A stretch of DNA of 64,000 bases from Verrucomicrobiia bacterium. GTDB taxonomy: Bacteria > Verrucomicrobiota > Verrucomicrobiia > Limisphaerales > UBA11358. Made by a program: the position numbers and the translations under genes. Of this stretch, positions 19,505 to 28,400 are shown in pieces. Positions within the stretch are counted from its first letter, which is position 1; every line of letters starts with the position of its first letter. Location of the stretch: NCBI GenBank assembly GCA_031290985.1, contig JARLJW010000085.1:42766-106765 (forward strand), given 5' to 3'. The notes under the pieces were generated by a model, which saw nothing but the letters and a program-made list of their open reading frames with translations, searched no databases and had not been told where the DNA came from.

Positions 19505-20146
19505 ATGATAAAATCATGCCGCCTGTTCTTGGCCGTACTCGCCACAGCTTCGATGACTTGCCTTCCGGCCAAGGCAACCTTGGTTCAAGCCACTGACCCA
19601 AGTTTTGGTGTCAATTCCCTGACAACAGATACCGCGACCGGGCTTACCTGGCTGGATCTCACCGCGAGCACCGGCTTGTCCTACCAGCAGGTGCTTGCCG
19701 CCACCCTGCCCGGCGGAATTTATAGCGGGTTTCGCTATGCCACGGCTCAGGAAGTGGTTTCCCTTTACACTGATGCCGGCATTCCCGGCGCGGGCTTTTA
19801 TCCCGCGTCAAATCCGGCCATAGCCTCGTTCCTGTCTTTGGTGGGAGCCACAAGTTTGGATAGCGGACACCCCGAGACGTTTGGCCTTTCCGCCACCTCG
19901 GATGGCCCCGGTTCACAATTTGTTCCCGGTATCGACTTCTTCTACAACTCGGGCATACCCACCTACCAGGTCACCGGCATTCCCGGACAGGCCGGTGATC
20001 TTGGGTATGGGGTGACCACCAGCGACCGGGGAGTAGGCAGTTGGCTGGTGTCAGTCCCGGAAACTGCGGACGCAGGCATTTATGTTTTGGCCGCCGGCGG
20101 ATTGATCGGCTTTGCCTTCCTGCAAAGACGTGGAAAAGCTGCGTAG
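19505..20146 (+). CDS. PEP-CTERM sorting-domain protein
   Basis: Signal peptide, a TGLTWLDLT...GFRYAT domain, and a C-terminal VPE-TADAGIYVLAAGGLIGFAFLQRRGK (PEP motif, TM segment, basic tail). GC is visibly lower than in the flanks. Confidence 0.85.
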   Translation: MIKSCRLFLAVLATASMTCLPAKATLVQATDPSFGVNSLTTDTATGLTWLDLTASTGLSYQQVLAATLPGGIYSGFRYATAQEVVSLYTDAGIPGAGFYPASNPAIASFLSLVGATSLDSGHPETFGLSATSDGPGSQFVPGIDFFYNSGIPTYQVTGIPGQAGDLGYGVTTSDRGVGSWLVSVPETADAGIYVLAAGGLIGFAFLQRRGKAA

Positions 20147-20204
20147 TCGCATTGAATAAATGGTTCCACTTGCCCCGCCAAGCCGGACAGTTTATTCGAA
20201 TCCA

Positions 20205-20267
20205 ACCGCGCGCCAGCGTCTTGAAATGCGCCAGCCCTCTGGCGCTTTGTCCAGTGCGTGCCGCTGC
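20205..20267. repeat. Right part (module D) of the composite repeat
   Basis: The 30 nt accgcgcgccagcgtcttgaaatgcgccag are identical to 14557-14586, followed by a related tail. Confidence 0.65.
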
Positions 20268-20404
20268 AAAATTGCGCTCAATAAGATCGAATACCCGGCT
20301 GTTTCCGCAAATCGGCGTCACTGGACTACTGGCTGGACAAACCAATAACACGAATTTAAAATCAGCCTGTTGGAATTGGGCTGTTTAGAAGTTGGAGAAT
20401 ATTT

Positions 20405-20632
20405 ATGAAAATGCGCCAATCAATCATCTTGTTCGTAACGTTGGGAGTTTTGATTGCAGCCGGCGTTTCGGCGTCCGCTGATGAACCCAAACCCAGCCAG
20501 TCCAATACGAGTCTCAGCAATGCAACAATTAGCGGCTATGTTGATGTGTCGATTAGCGGACAGGTCCAGCCAGCGGCGCATCTCAGTTGGTGGCAGAAAT
20601 TTTCGCTCTGGATTAAAGCTCACGGGAGATAA
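20405..20632 (+). CDS. Small secreted hypothetical protein (75 aa)
   Basis: GGAG lies about 8 nt upstream of the ATG. Clear signal peptide MKMRQSIILFVTLGVLIAAGVSASA. No recognisable family. Confidence 0.45.
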   Translation: MKMRQSIILFVTLGVLIAAGVSASADEPKPSQSNTSLSNATISGYVDVSISGQVQPAAHLSWWQKFSLWIKAHGR

Positions 20633-20704
20633 GCAGCCTCCGCGTTTCTGGTCGCCATAACTTCCCTTCGCGAGCCATGGCGTAGTGTCTGCGTTACAAA
20701 CCTC

Positions 20705-21715
20705 TCACCCCTTCGGTGCCGCCGTGCTTTTCCGCTCCACCAATTCCGCCGGCAGCCGGCGTGTCTGCACATTTTCGCCCCGGATCAGGCCCATCATCAT
20801 CTCCACGGCGGCCAGGCCCAGCCGCAATTTCGGCTGGCGCACCGTCGTCAGCGGCACCCGAAAATGTTCCGCCAGCAGGATGTTCCCAAAACCCGCCAGC
20901 GAGATGTCCTCCGGAATCCGGATCCCCTGTTGCAACAACGTCTCCGCGGCGCCGATGGCCACCATGTCGCTGACGGCCTGGATCGCGGTGGGATGGCAGT
21001 TCTCATTGAGCATCTGGAGCGCGGCGTTGACCCCGTCCTCGATGGTGTTGCCGGATTGAAAGACATATTTGTCGTCCGGCTGCAGGCCCGCCTCGCGCAG
21101 CGCGCGGCGATAGCCCTCGAACCGTTCATGCGCCCACGGCGCGGCGGTCGGCCCGGTGAAGTAGGCGATCGTTTTATGGCCCAGGCCCAGGAGATGTTTC
21201 GTGATGTTATAGCTCGCGACCTGCTCCTCGATTTCCACGCTGGGGAAATTTTTACAGAACGGCGCGGGCGGGCCCAGCAGCACGGTCGGAACTTTCCGCG
21301 CGGCGATCTCCTGGTAGATGCGCGCCTCCGCCTCGAACCGGTAAACCGGCGTGACAAACAGGCCATCCACGCGGCGCGACAGCAGCCGGCGCAACACCAG
21401 GTCTTCGCGATCCGGTTTGTTCAGCGTGTGCGCAATGAGCAGATCATAGCCCAGTTCATAGGCGCGTTCCTCGATCGCCAGCACCATGCGCGCGTATACC
21501 GGGCTCGTTGTCGCCGGAACCACCAGACCGAACAGCTTGGTCGTCTTCGTCCGCAATCCCTGCGCGCTGGAATCGGGCACGTAGCCCATCTGGGCGGCGA
21601 GGGCCTTGATCTTCGAGCGCGTGGCGTCGGAGACATCCGGCTCGTCGCGCAGGGCTTTCGAGACGGTCATCACGGAGACGCGGGCGATAACGGCAATGTC
21701 TTTGAGGCGAACCAT
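20705..21715 (-). CDS. LacI family transcriptional regulator
   Basis: N-terminal HTH MVRLKDIAVIARVSVMTVSKALRD and a periplasmic-binding-protein-like core. Confidence 0.93.
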   Translation of the reverse strand: MVRLKDIAVIARVSVMTVSKALRDEPDVSDATRSKIKALAAQMGYVPDSSAQGLRTKTTKLFGLVVPATTSPVYARMVLAIEERAYELGYDLLIAHTLNKPDREDLVLRRLLSRRVDGLFVTPVYRFEAEARIYQEIAARKVPTVLLGPPAPFCKNFPSVEIEEQVASYNITKHLLGLGHKTIAYFTGPTAAPWAHERFEGYRRALREAGLQPDDKYVFQSGNTIEDGVNAALQMLNENCHPTAIQAVSDMVAIGAAETLLQQGIRIPEDISLAGFGNILLAEHFRVPLTTVRQPKLRLGLAAVEMMMGLIRGENVQTRRLPAELVERKSTAAPKG

Positions 21716-21725
21716 GGTTAAAAAT

Positions 21726-22610
21726 TTAGAGGTATGTTCCGCGCCAGTGCAGCTTGCGGCGCATGGCTTCCAGAAAGGAGCTGTGCGCCAGCCGCATCAG
21801 CCGCACGGCGCGACGGCTGCGGCGGATGGTGATTTCATCGTTGGCATCCAGTTCGCCGACGATCTGGCCGTCCGCGTTCAAGAACGCGGACGGCTGCGTA
21901 TTGATGGCCTTCACGCGGAGGGTGGCGGACAACGGCAGGATGATGGAACGGTTGGACAAGGCGTGCGGACAGATCGGCGTGAGCGCAAAAACATCCGCCG
22001 TCGGCAAAACGATCGCACCGCCGGCCGCCAGCGAGTAGGCCGTGGAGCCGGTCGGCGAACTCAGGATCAGGCCGTCGCAACGGTAGCGCGTGATCAGTTC
22101 GCCGTTCACGCTCACATCCAGCGCGATGAGCCGCGAGACCGCGCCACGGGTGATGACGATGTCGTTGAGCGCGGTGGCCTTCACCTTTTTTCCGTGGCAA
22201 ACACCGGTGGCCTCGATGAGCGCGCGGGTTTCAAATTTGAACTCGCCAGCCCAGACCAGCTTCAGCGCTTCGGCGATTTTATCGGAGGGAACCGCGGTGA
22301 GAAAGCCCAGGCTGCCGATGTTGATGCCGAGCATGGGCGTCCGGGAACCGGCGATCTGCCGCGCGGTGTGCAGCATGGTGCCGTCGCCGCCAAAAACGAG
22401 GATCAGGTCGACCGCCCCGGCCAGTTCAGCGGCATTGGGGCGGGTTTCACATTGCAGGCGGGAGTGCCGTGCGGTGGTCTCTTCGGCGATGACCTGGCGG
22501 CCGGCACGCGCGATGAGCCGGGCGGCGGCACGCACGCTTTGAGCGCACGCGGACTTCTCCGCGTTGCCGACGAGGCCGATGCGTTGGAATTGGTCAGCGG
22601 ACTTTTTCAA
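21726..22610 (-). CDS. nadK: NAD kinase
   Basis: GGDGTML motif, NIGSLGFL and C-terminal conserved blocks. The tlyA-nadK neighbourhood is common. Confidence 0.93.
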   Translation of the reverse strand: MKKSADQFQRIGLVGNAEKSACAQSVRAAARLIARAGRQVIAEETTARHSRLQCETRPNAAELAGAVDLILVFGGDGTMLHTARQIAGSRTPMLGINIGSLGFLTAVPSDKIAEALKLVWAGEFKFETRALIEATGVCHGKKVKATALNDIVITRGAVSRLIALDVSVNGELITRYRCDGLILSSPTGSTAYSLAAGGAIVLPTADVFALTPICPHALSNRSIILPLSATLRVKAINTQPSAFLNADGQIVGELDANDEITIRRSRRAVRLMRLAHSSFLEAMRRKLHWRGTYL

Positions 22611-23445
22611 TCAGCGCCAGGAATTCTTTGTTGCCGGCAGGGCCGAGCAGGGGAGATTCAACCACACCACGCCAGCAAAGGCCAGCCTGCGACGACACAA
22701 ATTCTTTCAATTCCGCCAGCACGCGCTCATGCACCACCGCATCCTTGATGACCCCCCGGCCCTTGTCCACCTCGGCCCTGCCCGCCTCGAACTGCGGCTT
22801 GATGAGCGCCACGATGCGGCCATCCGGCCGCAGCAACGGCACGGCCGGCGGCAGGATTTTCTTCAGGGAGATGAACGAGCAGTCCGCCACAATGATGTCC
22901 GCAGGCGTTTCAATCATCGTCATGTCCGAACCCATCTGTGAAACCGTTGACGGCTTCCCTCTCCCCTCGGAGGGGAGAGGGATTGAGGGTGAGGGGTGGG
23001 CTATTTGACCGGATGCAGACACAAAATGGTTTGGCGTCAAATACCTTGCATTGGTTTTCTCCATGACCACCACCCGCGGATCCTGCCGCAGTTTCCAGGC
23101 GAGCTGGCCGTGGCCCACATCCACGGCAAAAACCTTCGCCGCGCCGCGCTGCAACAGGCAATCGGTAAATCCGCCGGTGGACGCCCCCAGATCAATCGCC
23201 GTCAGCCCGGCGACATCAATCTGAAAATATTCCAGCGCGTGCTCCAGCTTGTGTCCTCCCCGGCTCACAAATTTATCAACCGCATCCAGCACCAGCTCGT
23301 CCGCCGGCTTGACATGGTCGCTGGGTTTGCGGGCGGGATGGCCGTTGATGCGAACCTGTCCGGCCAGGATGAGCCGCTTGGCGCGTTCGCGGCTGTCGCA
23401 AAGCCCGCGTTCCACCAGGGCTTGATCGAGGCGGGTCACGGTCAA
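22594..23445 (-). CDS. tlyA: TlyA family rRNA (cytidine-2'-O)-methyltransferase with an in-frame insertion
   Basis: S4 domain (RLDQALVERGL...), FtsJ SAM motif DLGASTGGFTDCLLQRGA, and QLAWKLRQDPRVVVMEKTNAR...DCSFISL. About 35 extra residues lie between LTP and ADIIVADCSFISL. Confidence 0.9.
   Translation of the reverse strand: MTVTRLDQALVERGLCDSRERAKRLILAGQVRINGHPARKPSDHVKPADELVLDAVDKFVSRGGHKLEHALEYFQIDVAGLTAIDLGASTGGFTDCLLQRGAAKVFAVDVGHGQLAWKLRQDPRVVVMEKTNARYLTPNHFVSASGQIAHPSPSIPLPSEGRGKPSTVSQMGSDMTMIETPADIIVADCSFISLKKILPPAVPLLRPDGRIVALIKPQFEAGRAEVDKGRGVIKDAVVHERVLAELKEFVSSQAGLCWRGVVESPLLGPAGNKEFLALIEKVR
22957..22981. repeat. Perfect 10-bp-stem palindrome ccctctcccc-tcgga-ggggagaggg inside the tlyA insertion
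   Basis: Read directly. It encodes ...PLPSEGRG... on the coding strand. Confidence 0.8.
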
Positions 23446-23912
23446 TTCTTGCCGCCGGTGAGGATGCGGTTCTGGATTTCGCGGAAGCTGTGGAGGAAAA
23501 GTTCATTTTCCGCGACGGCTTTTTCCACGAGCTGCTTCATCAGGAACAGTTCGGAACTGTTGATGACCGCATGCACGCTGTTCTTGAAGGCCTCCATCGG
23601 GGCAAACGTCTGGAAAGAATCGCCGATCAGCAGCACGGTGGCATGGCGGCGGGCGCTGGAGGCCATGTTTTGGAGGGATTTCAGGGTGATATTTTCCTCG
23701 ATGGTGTTCGCCCCGAACAATTCTTCGACGAGCACCACCTGGTATTGCGCCTGGGTGAACCGCAGCAGAAAATCGCTGTGCGTGGCGGCGGTGTGGACCT
23801 TGTAGCCGAGCTCCTGCAAGGCGGACTTGGCGGCATCCATCCACGCCGGCGTGGAAAAGGCGATCAGCGCGGGCTTGTCGCCGCTGCCAACGAAATCAAA
23901 GGAGCCGTTCAT
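23442..23912 (-). CDS. Hypothetical protein, possibly a degenerate CheY-like receiver fold
   Basis: 156 aa. ATGA overlaps with both neighbours. Alternating beta/alpha pattern (ALIAF / KVHTA / VVLVEE / VLLIGD), but no acidic DD pocket. Confidence 0.75.
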   Translation of the reverse strand: MNGSFDFVGSGDKPALIAFSTPAWMDAAKSALQELGYKVHTAATHSDFLLRFTQAQYQVVLVEELFGANTIEENITLKSLQNMASSARRHATVLLIGDSFQTFAPMEAFKNSVHAVINSSELFLMKQLVEKAVAENELFLHSFREIQNRILTGGKN

Positions 23913-25114
23913 CGGAGTTTTAAAATAGGTGGTGGAGTGGAAGCTTCGCCGCCCTGGCCGCCGGCGCCCGCGCGCATCCGGAGCGAGCCGGCGGTGGTGC
24001 TCATTTCGCCGCGGGTCTTTTTGATATTATCAATCCCGCGCGAGACGACGCTGCGCTTGGTGCAGTACAGCAGCGCCGTTTCCTCGCTGATGACCCCCTG
24101 CTCAAAAGCCTCCAGACAGGCCTGGTCAAAAGTCCGCCAGCCGAAGGTATAACTCGCCTCGATAATCTCGTAAAAGGTTTTGCCTTCGCTTTCACCCAGG
24201 CGGATGGCCTCCTCGGTGCGGAGGTTCGCCCCCATGATCTCAATGAGCGCATGGCGCGCGCCGCCAAGTTTCGGTGCCAGCCGCTGGCTGATGACCCAGC
24301 GCAGTGAATCGGCCAGGCGGACGCGGATCTGCTCCTGCTCCTCCGGTTCAAACATGCCCAGGATGCGGTTGACCGTTTCACCGGCATTGATCGTGTGCAG
24401 CGTGCTCAGCACCAGATGCCCGGTTTCCGCCGCGCTTAAGGCGATCTTCACCGTGTCCCGGTCGCGCATTTCGCCGACCAGGATGACCTTCGGCGCCTGC
24501 CGCAAAGCGGCGCGCAGGCCGTTCGCGTAGGAATCGAAATCCACGCCAAGTTCCCGCTGGTTGAAGGTGGCCTTGTCGTGCTTGTGCAGGTATTCCACCG
24601 GATCCTCCAGCGTGACCACGTGAACCGCCTTGGACTTGTTGATCTCGTGCAAAATGGCCGCCAGCGTGGTGGACTTGCCGGAACCGGTCGCGCCGGTCAC
24701 AAGGACGAGGCCGGTCTTTTCCCGGGGAGTTTCCTTGAGCACTTCCGGCAGCTTTAACTGGTCGAGCGTTGGAATCGTCGAATTCAACTGGCGGCAAACG
24801 ATGGAATAATTGCCGCGCTGCGAGAAGACGTTCACGCGAAAACGCGCCCGCTCGCCCAGCGCGTACGAAGCATCACACGAGCCGTGCCGGAGCAGGTCTT
24901 CGAGCTGCCAGGGGTTGTCGCCGATGATGTTGAAGGCGATCATCTCGATCTGAAACGGGGTCAGCTTGGCAATCGGCGGATCGAGGATGACCGGCTTGAG
25001 TTCGCCATAAGCCTCCACCTGCGGCGGACGGTCCTGGACGAACAACAGGTCGGATATCTCCGGCTGCGATGCCAGCATCGTCGTCAAAATCTGGTCAAGT
25101 TCCGGGCGGCGCAT
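23909..25114 (-). CDS. Type IV pilus retraction ATPase paralog (PilT/PilU family) with a C-terminal extension
   Basis: Walker A GATGSGKST, Asp box, Walker B ILVGEMRD, His box LVLSTLHT. Confidence 0.93.
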   Translation of the reverse strand: MRRPELDQILTTMLASQPEISDLLFVQDRPPQVEAYGELKPVILDPPIAKLTPFQIEMIAFNIIGDNPWQLEDLLRHGSCDASYALGERARFRVNVFSQRGNYSIVCRQLNSTIPTLDQLKLPEVLKETPREKTGLVLVTGATGSGKSTTLAAILHEINKSKAVHVVTLEDPVEYLHKHDKATFNQRELGVDFDSYANGLRAALRQAPKVILVGEMRDRDTVKIALSAAETGHLVLSTLHTINAGETVNRILGMFEPEEQEQIRVRLADSLRWVISQRLAPKLGGARHALIEIMGANLRTEEAIRLGESEGKTFYEIIEASYTFGWRTFDQACLEAFEQGVISEETALLYCTKRSVVSRGIDNIKKTRGEMSTTAGSLRMRAGAGGQGGEASTPPPILKLR

Positions 25115-25117
25115 AAA

Positions 25118-26215
25118 TCACATGGCTTCGTCGTCTTCCGGCGGATGCGCCAGCAAGGTGCGGAATTTCTTTTTATCGAGGGCCTTGTCGTACGCGTCCT
25201 CGGGGGTGATGCGCTTCATGCGGACATGCTCCATGATATGGTCGTCGAGCTGCTGATTGCCGAATTTCTTGCCGACCTGGATCATGCCCTGGATCTGGTG
25301 CGTCTTGCCTTCGCGCACGAGGTTGGCCACGGCGGTGTTGAACACCAGGACCTCGAATGCCGCCACGCGCCCCTTCTTGTCGCAACGCTTGAACAGCGTC
25401 TGGGCCACCACGCCCTTCAACGCCTCGGACAGCGTCTGGCGAACCTTGTTCTGCTGGTCGGCTGGAAAAACGTCGATAATGCGATCCACCGTCTTGGCCG
25501 CGCTCTGCGTGTGCAGCGTGCCAAAAACCAAGTGGCCGGTCGCGGCGGCGGTGATCGCCAGCTCAATCGTCTCCAAGTCGCGCATTTCGCCGACGAGAAT
25601 GATGTCCGGGTCTTCGCGCAATGCACCGCGCAGCGCCGAGGCAAAGGACTTGGTGTGGATCCCCACTTCGCGATGGTTCACGAGACAGTTTTTGCTTTCG
25701 TGGACGAACTCGATCGGGTCCTCAATCGTGATGATGTGGTCTTTGCGGTTGCGGTTGCAATAATCCACAATGGCCGCGAGCGTCGTGGACTTGCCGGAGC
25801 CGGTCGGGCCGGTGACGACCACGAGGCCGCGGTGCAGCATGGCAAATTTCTTGAACACCGGCGGCAGCGGCGCCTCCAGTTTTTCAAAGTCCTCGAACGA
25901 CAGCACCCGGCTTGGAATCTGGCGGAACACCGCCGCCACGCCGTTCTTCTGGTTGAAGAAATTCACGCGGAAGCGGGAGATGTTCGGGATCTCATAGCCA
26001 AAATCGACGTCGCCGGTTTCTTCGAACACTTTGATTTTGTAATCCGGGGCGATTTCGTAGAGCATCGCCTTCAGGTTGTCGCTTTCCAACGGCGGGAAAT
26101 CGACGCGCTGAAGCTCGCCATTGATCCGCATCATGGGCGGGTTGCCGGAAGCCATGTGCAGGTCGGAAGCCCGCTGCTCGAACATCAGGTTGAAAAATGC
26201 GTCAATTTTGGCCAT
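25118..26215 (-). CDS. pilT: Type IV pilus twitching motility ATPase PilT
   Basis: SDLHM..., Walker A GPTGSGKST, ILVGEMRD, LVFGTLHT, and a PilT-type AVANLVREGKTHQI helix. Confidence 0.95.
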   Translation of the reverse strand: MAKIDAFFNLMFEQRASDLHMASGNPPMMRINGELQRVDFPPLESDNLKAMLYEIAPDYKIKVFEETGDVDFGYEIPNISRFRVNFFNQKNGVAAVFRQIPSRVLSFEDFEKLEAPLPPVFKKFAMLHRGLVVVTGPTGSGKSTTLAAIVDYCNRNRKDHIITIEDPIEFVHESKNCLVNHREVGIHTKSFASALRGALREDPDIILVGEMRDLETIELAITAAATGHLVFGTLHTQSAAKTVDRIIDVFPADQQNKVRQTLSEALKGVVAQTLFKRCDKKGRVAAFEVLVFNTAVANLVREGKTHQIQGMIQVGKKFGNQQLDDHIMEHVRMKRITPEDAYDKALDKKKFRTLLAHPPEDDEAM

Positions 26216-26267
26216 AAGTCCTCTCTGTTATCGCGACACTAATCAAAGCCATGCCCACCTGCAAGCA

Positions 26268-27353
26268 ATGAAAATGCCCGCCGACCATATCCGCGAGGAA
26301 ATCAGCCAAACCGGCGCAATTTCTTTCGCCCGCTTCATGGAACTGGCTCTTTACTGTCCTGAAACTGGTTATTACGAAAAGAAAAAGGACAACGTTGGGC
26401 GGCAGGGCGATTTCATCACCAGCGTCAGCGTCGGGAGTTTGTTTGGCGAACTCCTGGCGTTTCAGTTTGCCGGCTGGCTGGATGAACTAAAAAACCGCCA
26501 CGAAAAACTTCAAATCATCGAGGCCGGCGCACACGATGGCAAACTGGCCGCCGACATCCTGAACTGGCTGCAAATCCATCGGCCGGTGCTTTTCTCGGCC
26601 ATTGAATACACCATCCTTGAACCGTCTCCGGCCCGACGGCAATGGCAGCAGGAGAAATTGAGTCCGTTCTCCAATGTCCGATGGCGTTCGTCAGTGAACA
26701 GTTCCCAGCCCCCGTCCGCCGGCATCCTGTTCAGCAACGAACTGCTCGACGCCTTTCCTGTTCAACGCCTGGGTTGGGATGCATCGGGCCGGCAATGGTT
26801 TGAATGGGGTGTGACGCTTGATGGCGAATTGTTGCGCTGGTCCCGCCTTCCGCTGGCCGCCTCCAGTCTGCCGGCCAATATCGTCAATCTCCCCGCCGCA
26901 TTGCTCGAAGTTCTGCCTGACCAATACACCATCGAAACCAGCCCGGCCGCGGAAAGCTGGTGGCACGCCGCCGCCGGAATTTTGTCACACGGCAAGCTGC
27001 TGGCCATCGACTACGGTTTCACCGATGATGAAATGATTTCACCCGCGCGGACGAAAGGAACGCTGCGCGCCTATCACCGGCACCACGTCACGGACGACGT
27101 GCTGGCGAATCCCGGCGATCAGGATCTGACCGCGCACGTCAATTTCTCCGCCATCCAAAAAGCCGGGGAGGCCGCCGGTCTGCGCACGGAAACTTTTTGC
27201 ACCCAGCCACAGTTCCTCACCCGAATCCTGGCCAAGGCCGTGCCGGAAAAGCTCTTTGCCAGCATGGATGCCAGACAAATCCGCCAGTTCCAAACCCTGA
27301 CGCATCCGGAACATCTGGGCCGCGCCTTCCGCGTGCTGGTACAATCCCGATAA
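26268..27353 (+). CDS. SAM-dependent methyltransferase, MidA/NDUFAF7 (DUF185) family
   Basis: ISFARFMELALYCPETGYY, EAGAHDGKLA, SNELLDAFP, DYG and DLTAHVNF blocks. Start moved to the ATG at 26268 to clear the pilT start. Confidence 0.88.
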   Translation: MKMPADHIREEISQTGAISFARFMELALYCPETGYYEKKKDNVGRQGDFITSVSVGSLFGELLAFQFAGWLDELKNRHEKLQIIEAGAHDGKLAADILNWLQIHRPVLFSAIEYTILEPSPARRQWQQEKLSPFSNVRWRSSVNSSQPPSAGILFSNELLDAFPVQRLGWDASGRQWFEWGVTLDGELLRWSRLPLAASSLPANIVNLPAALLEVLPDQYTIETSPAAESWWHAAAGILSHGKLLAIDYGFTDDEMISPARTKGTLRAYHRHHVTDDVLANPGDQDLTAHVNFSAIQKAGEAAGLRTETFCTQPQFLTRILAKAVPEKLFASMDARQIRQFQTLTHPEHLGRAFRVLVQSR

Positions 27354-27475
27354 GTTTTCGCGGGCCGCACGGCAGGAATTGCCTGGAAAATTTGCCAAAA
27401 ATATATGGACGGCGCGCCAAATTACCGCTTTGATACACCCGTACCCATTCAGAAACCCGAAGCTCAACCACGCTG

Positions 27476-27634
27476 ATGCAAACCTTGGGCAAAGTTCTAT
27501 TTCCGCGCCTGCAACCCTGGCAGCAACGACGCCAGGCAAAAACAGTGGTGACCGTCCTGATTGTGGCCGTCGTCTTCGCCGCCGTCGTGGCCGGAATTAT
27601 CTATCTAACAAACACACACAGCCTGGCCCCGTAA
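27476..27634 (+). CDS. Possible small single-TM protein (52 aa), not in the ORF track
   Basis: Hand translation: MQTLGKVLFPRLQPWQQRRQAKTVVTVLIVAVVFAAVVAGIIYLTNTHSLAP. Intergenic position. No further support. Confidence 0.25.
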   Translation: MQTLGKVLFPRLQPWQQRRQAKTVVTVLIVAVVFAAVVAGIIYLTNTHSLAP

Positions 27635-27683
27635 GTCTTCGCCGATCACCATAAGCCCCTGCCCCGCGGACATGCGTTTGGGG

Positions 27684-28400
27684 TCATATCCGTTCGTAAA
27701 TAAACTTTGGCAGCAGCCGCATCACCAAGGCGATCAACGCCCAGCGACGGGTGATGTACGCGACCGGCTTTTTGTTTTCAATGGCGCGATAGATTTGCAC
27801 AGCGGCCTTCCTGGCCGGCGCCACCCAAAAGACGTCATCCCCTTTCGCCATCGCCGTATCCACAAAGCCCGGCCGGATGTCGGTGATCACGATGGGCAAC
27901 CCCGCCTTTTTCGCCTTTGCCCGCAATCCCTCCAGATAGCGTATCTGAAATGCCTTCGTGGCATTATACGCCGGCGCATGACGTCCGCCGCGCAGTCCCG
28001 CAATGGAGGTAATGCCCGCAAAATGACCTGCCCCCTGCTTCTCAAAAAAAGCATAGGCCCAGCCGGCGATCAGCGTGAACGGCAGCACATTGGTGTCGAT
28101 TGCCTCCTGCTCCAGGGCAAAATCCAGGGCCGGGTTCATGTGCCCCGTTCCCGAACTCAGAACGACCAGGTCAAGCCCGCCGATTTCCCGGACCAGCGCG
28201 GAAAGTTTTTTCACCACGGTGGCGACCTCGGTCACGTCGAACGTGGAAATAAAAATCTTCCCGGGATGTTCCGCCTGAAGCTCCGCCAGCAGCTTTGCCC
28301 GGCGGCCCGTCGCGCCGACGACGTACCCCTTTGCCACCAGAACCTTCACCAATGCCCGGCCGATCCCCGAGGTCGCACCGATGACAATCGCCCTTTTCAT
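27684..28400 (-). CDS. Short-chain dehydrogenase/reductase (SDR)
   Basis: GATSGIGRA Rossmann motif and YNATK catalytic motif. The true ATG is at 28400, overlapping the rsmE stop by 1 nt. The upstream part of the 362-aa track ORF is not coding-like. Confidence 0.9.
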   Translation of the reverse strand: MKRAIVIGATSGIGRALVKVLVAKGYVVGATGRRAKLLAELQAEHPGKIFISTFDVTEVATVVKKLSALVREIGGLDLVVLSSGTGHMNPALDFALEQEAIDTNVLPFTLIAGWAYAFFEKQGAGHFAGITSIAGLRGGRHAPAYNATKAFQIRYLEGLRAKAKKAGLPIVITDIRPGFVDTAMAKGDDVFWVAPARKAAVQIYRAIENKKPVAYITRRWALIALVMRLLPKFIYERI

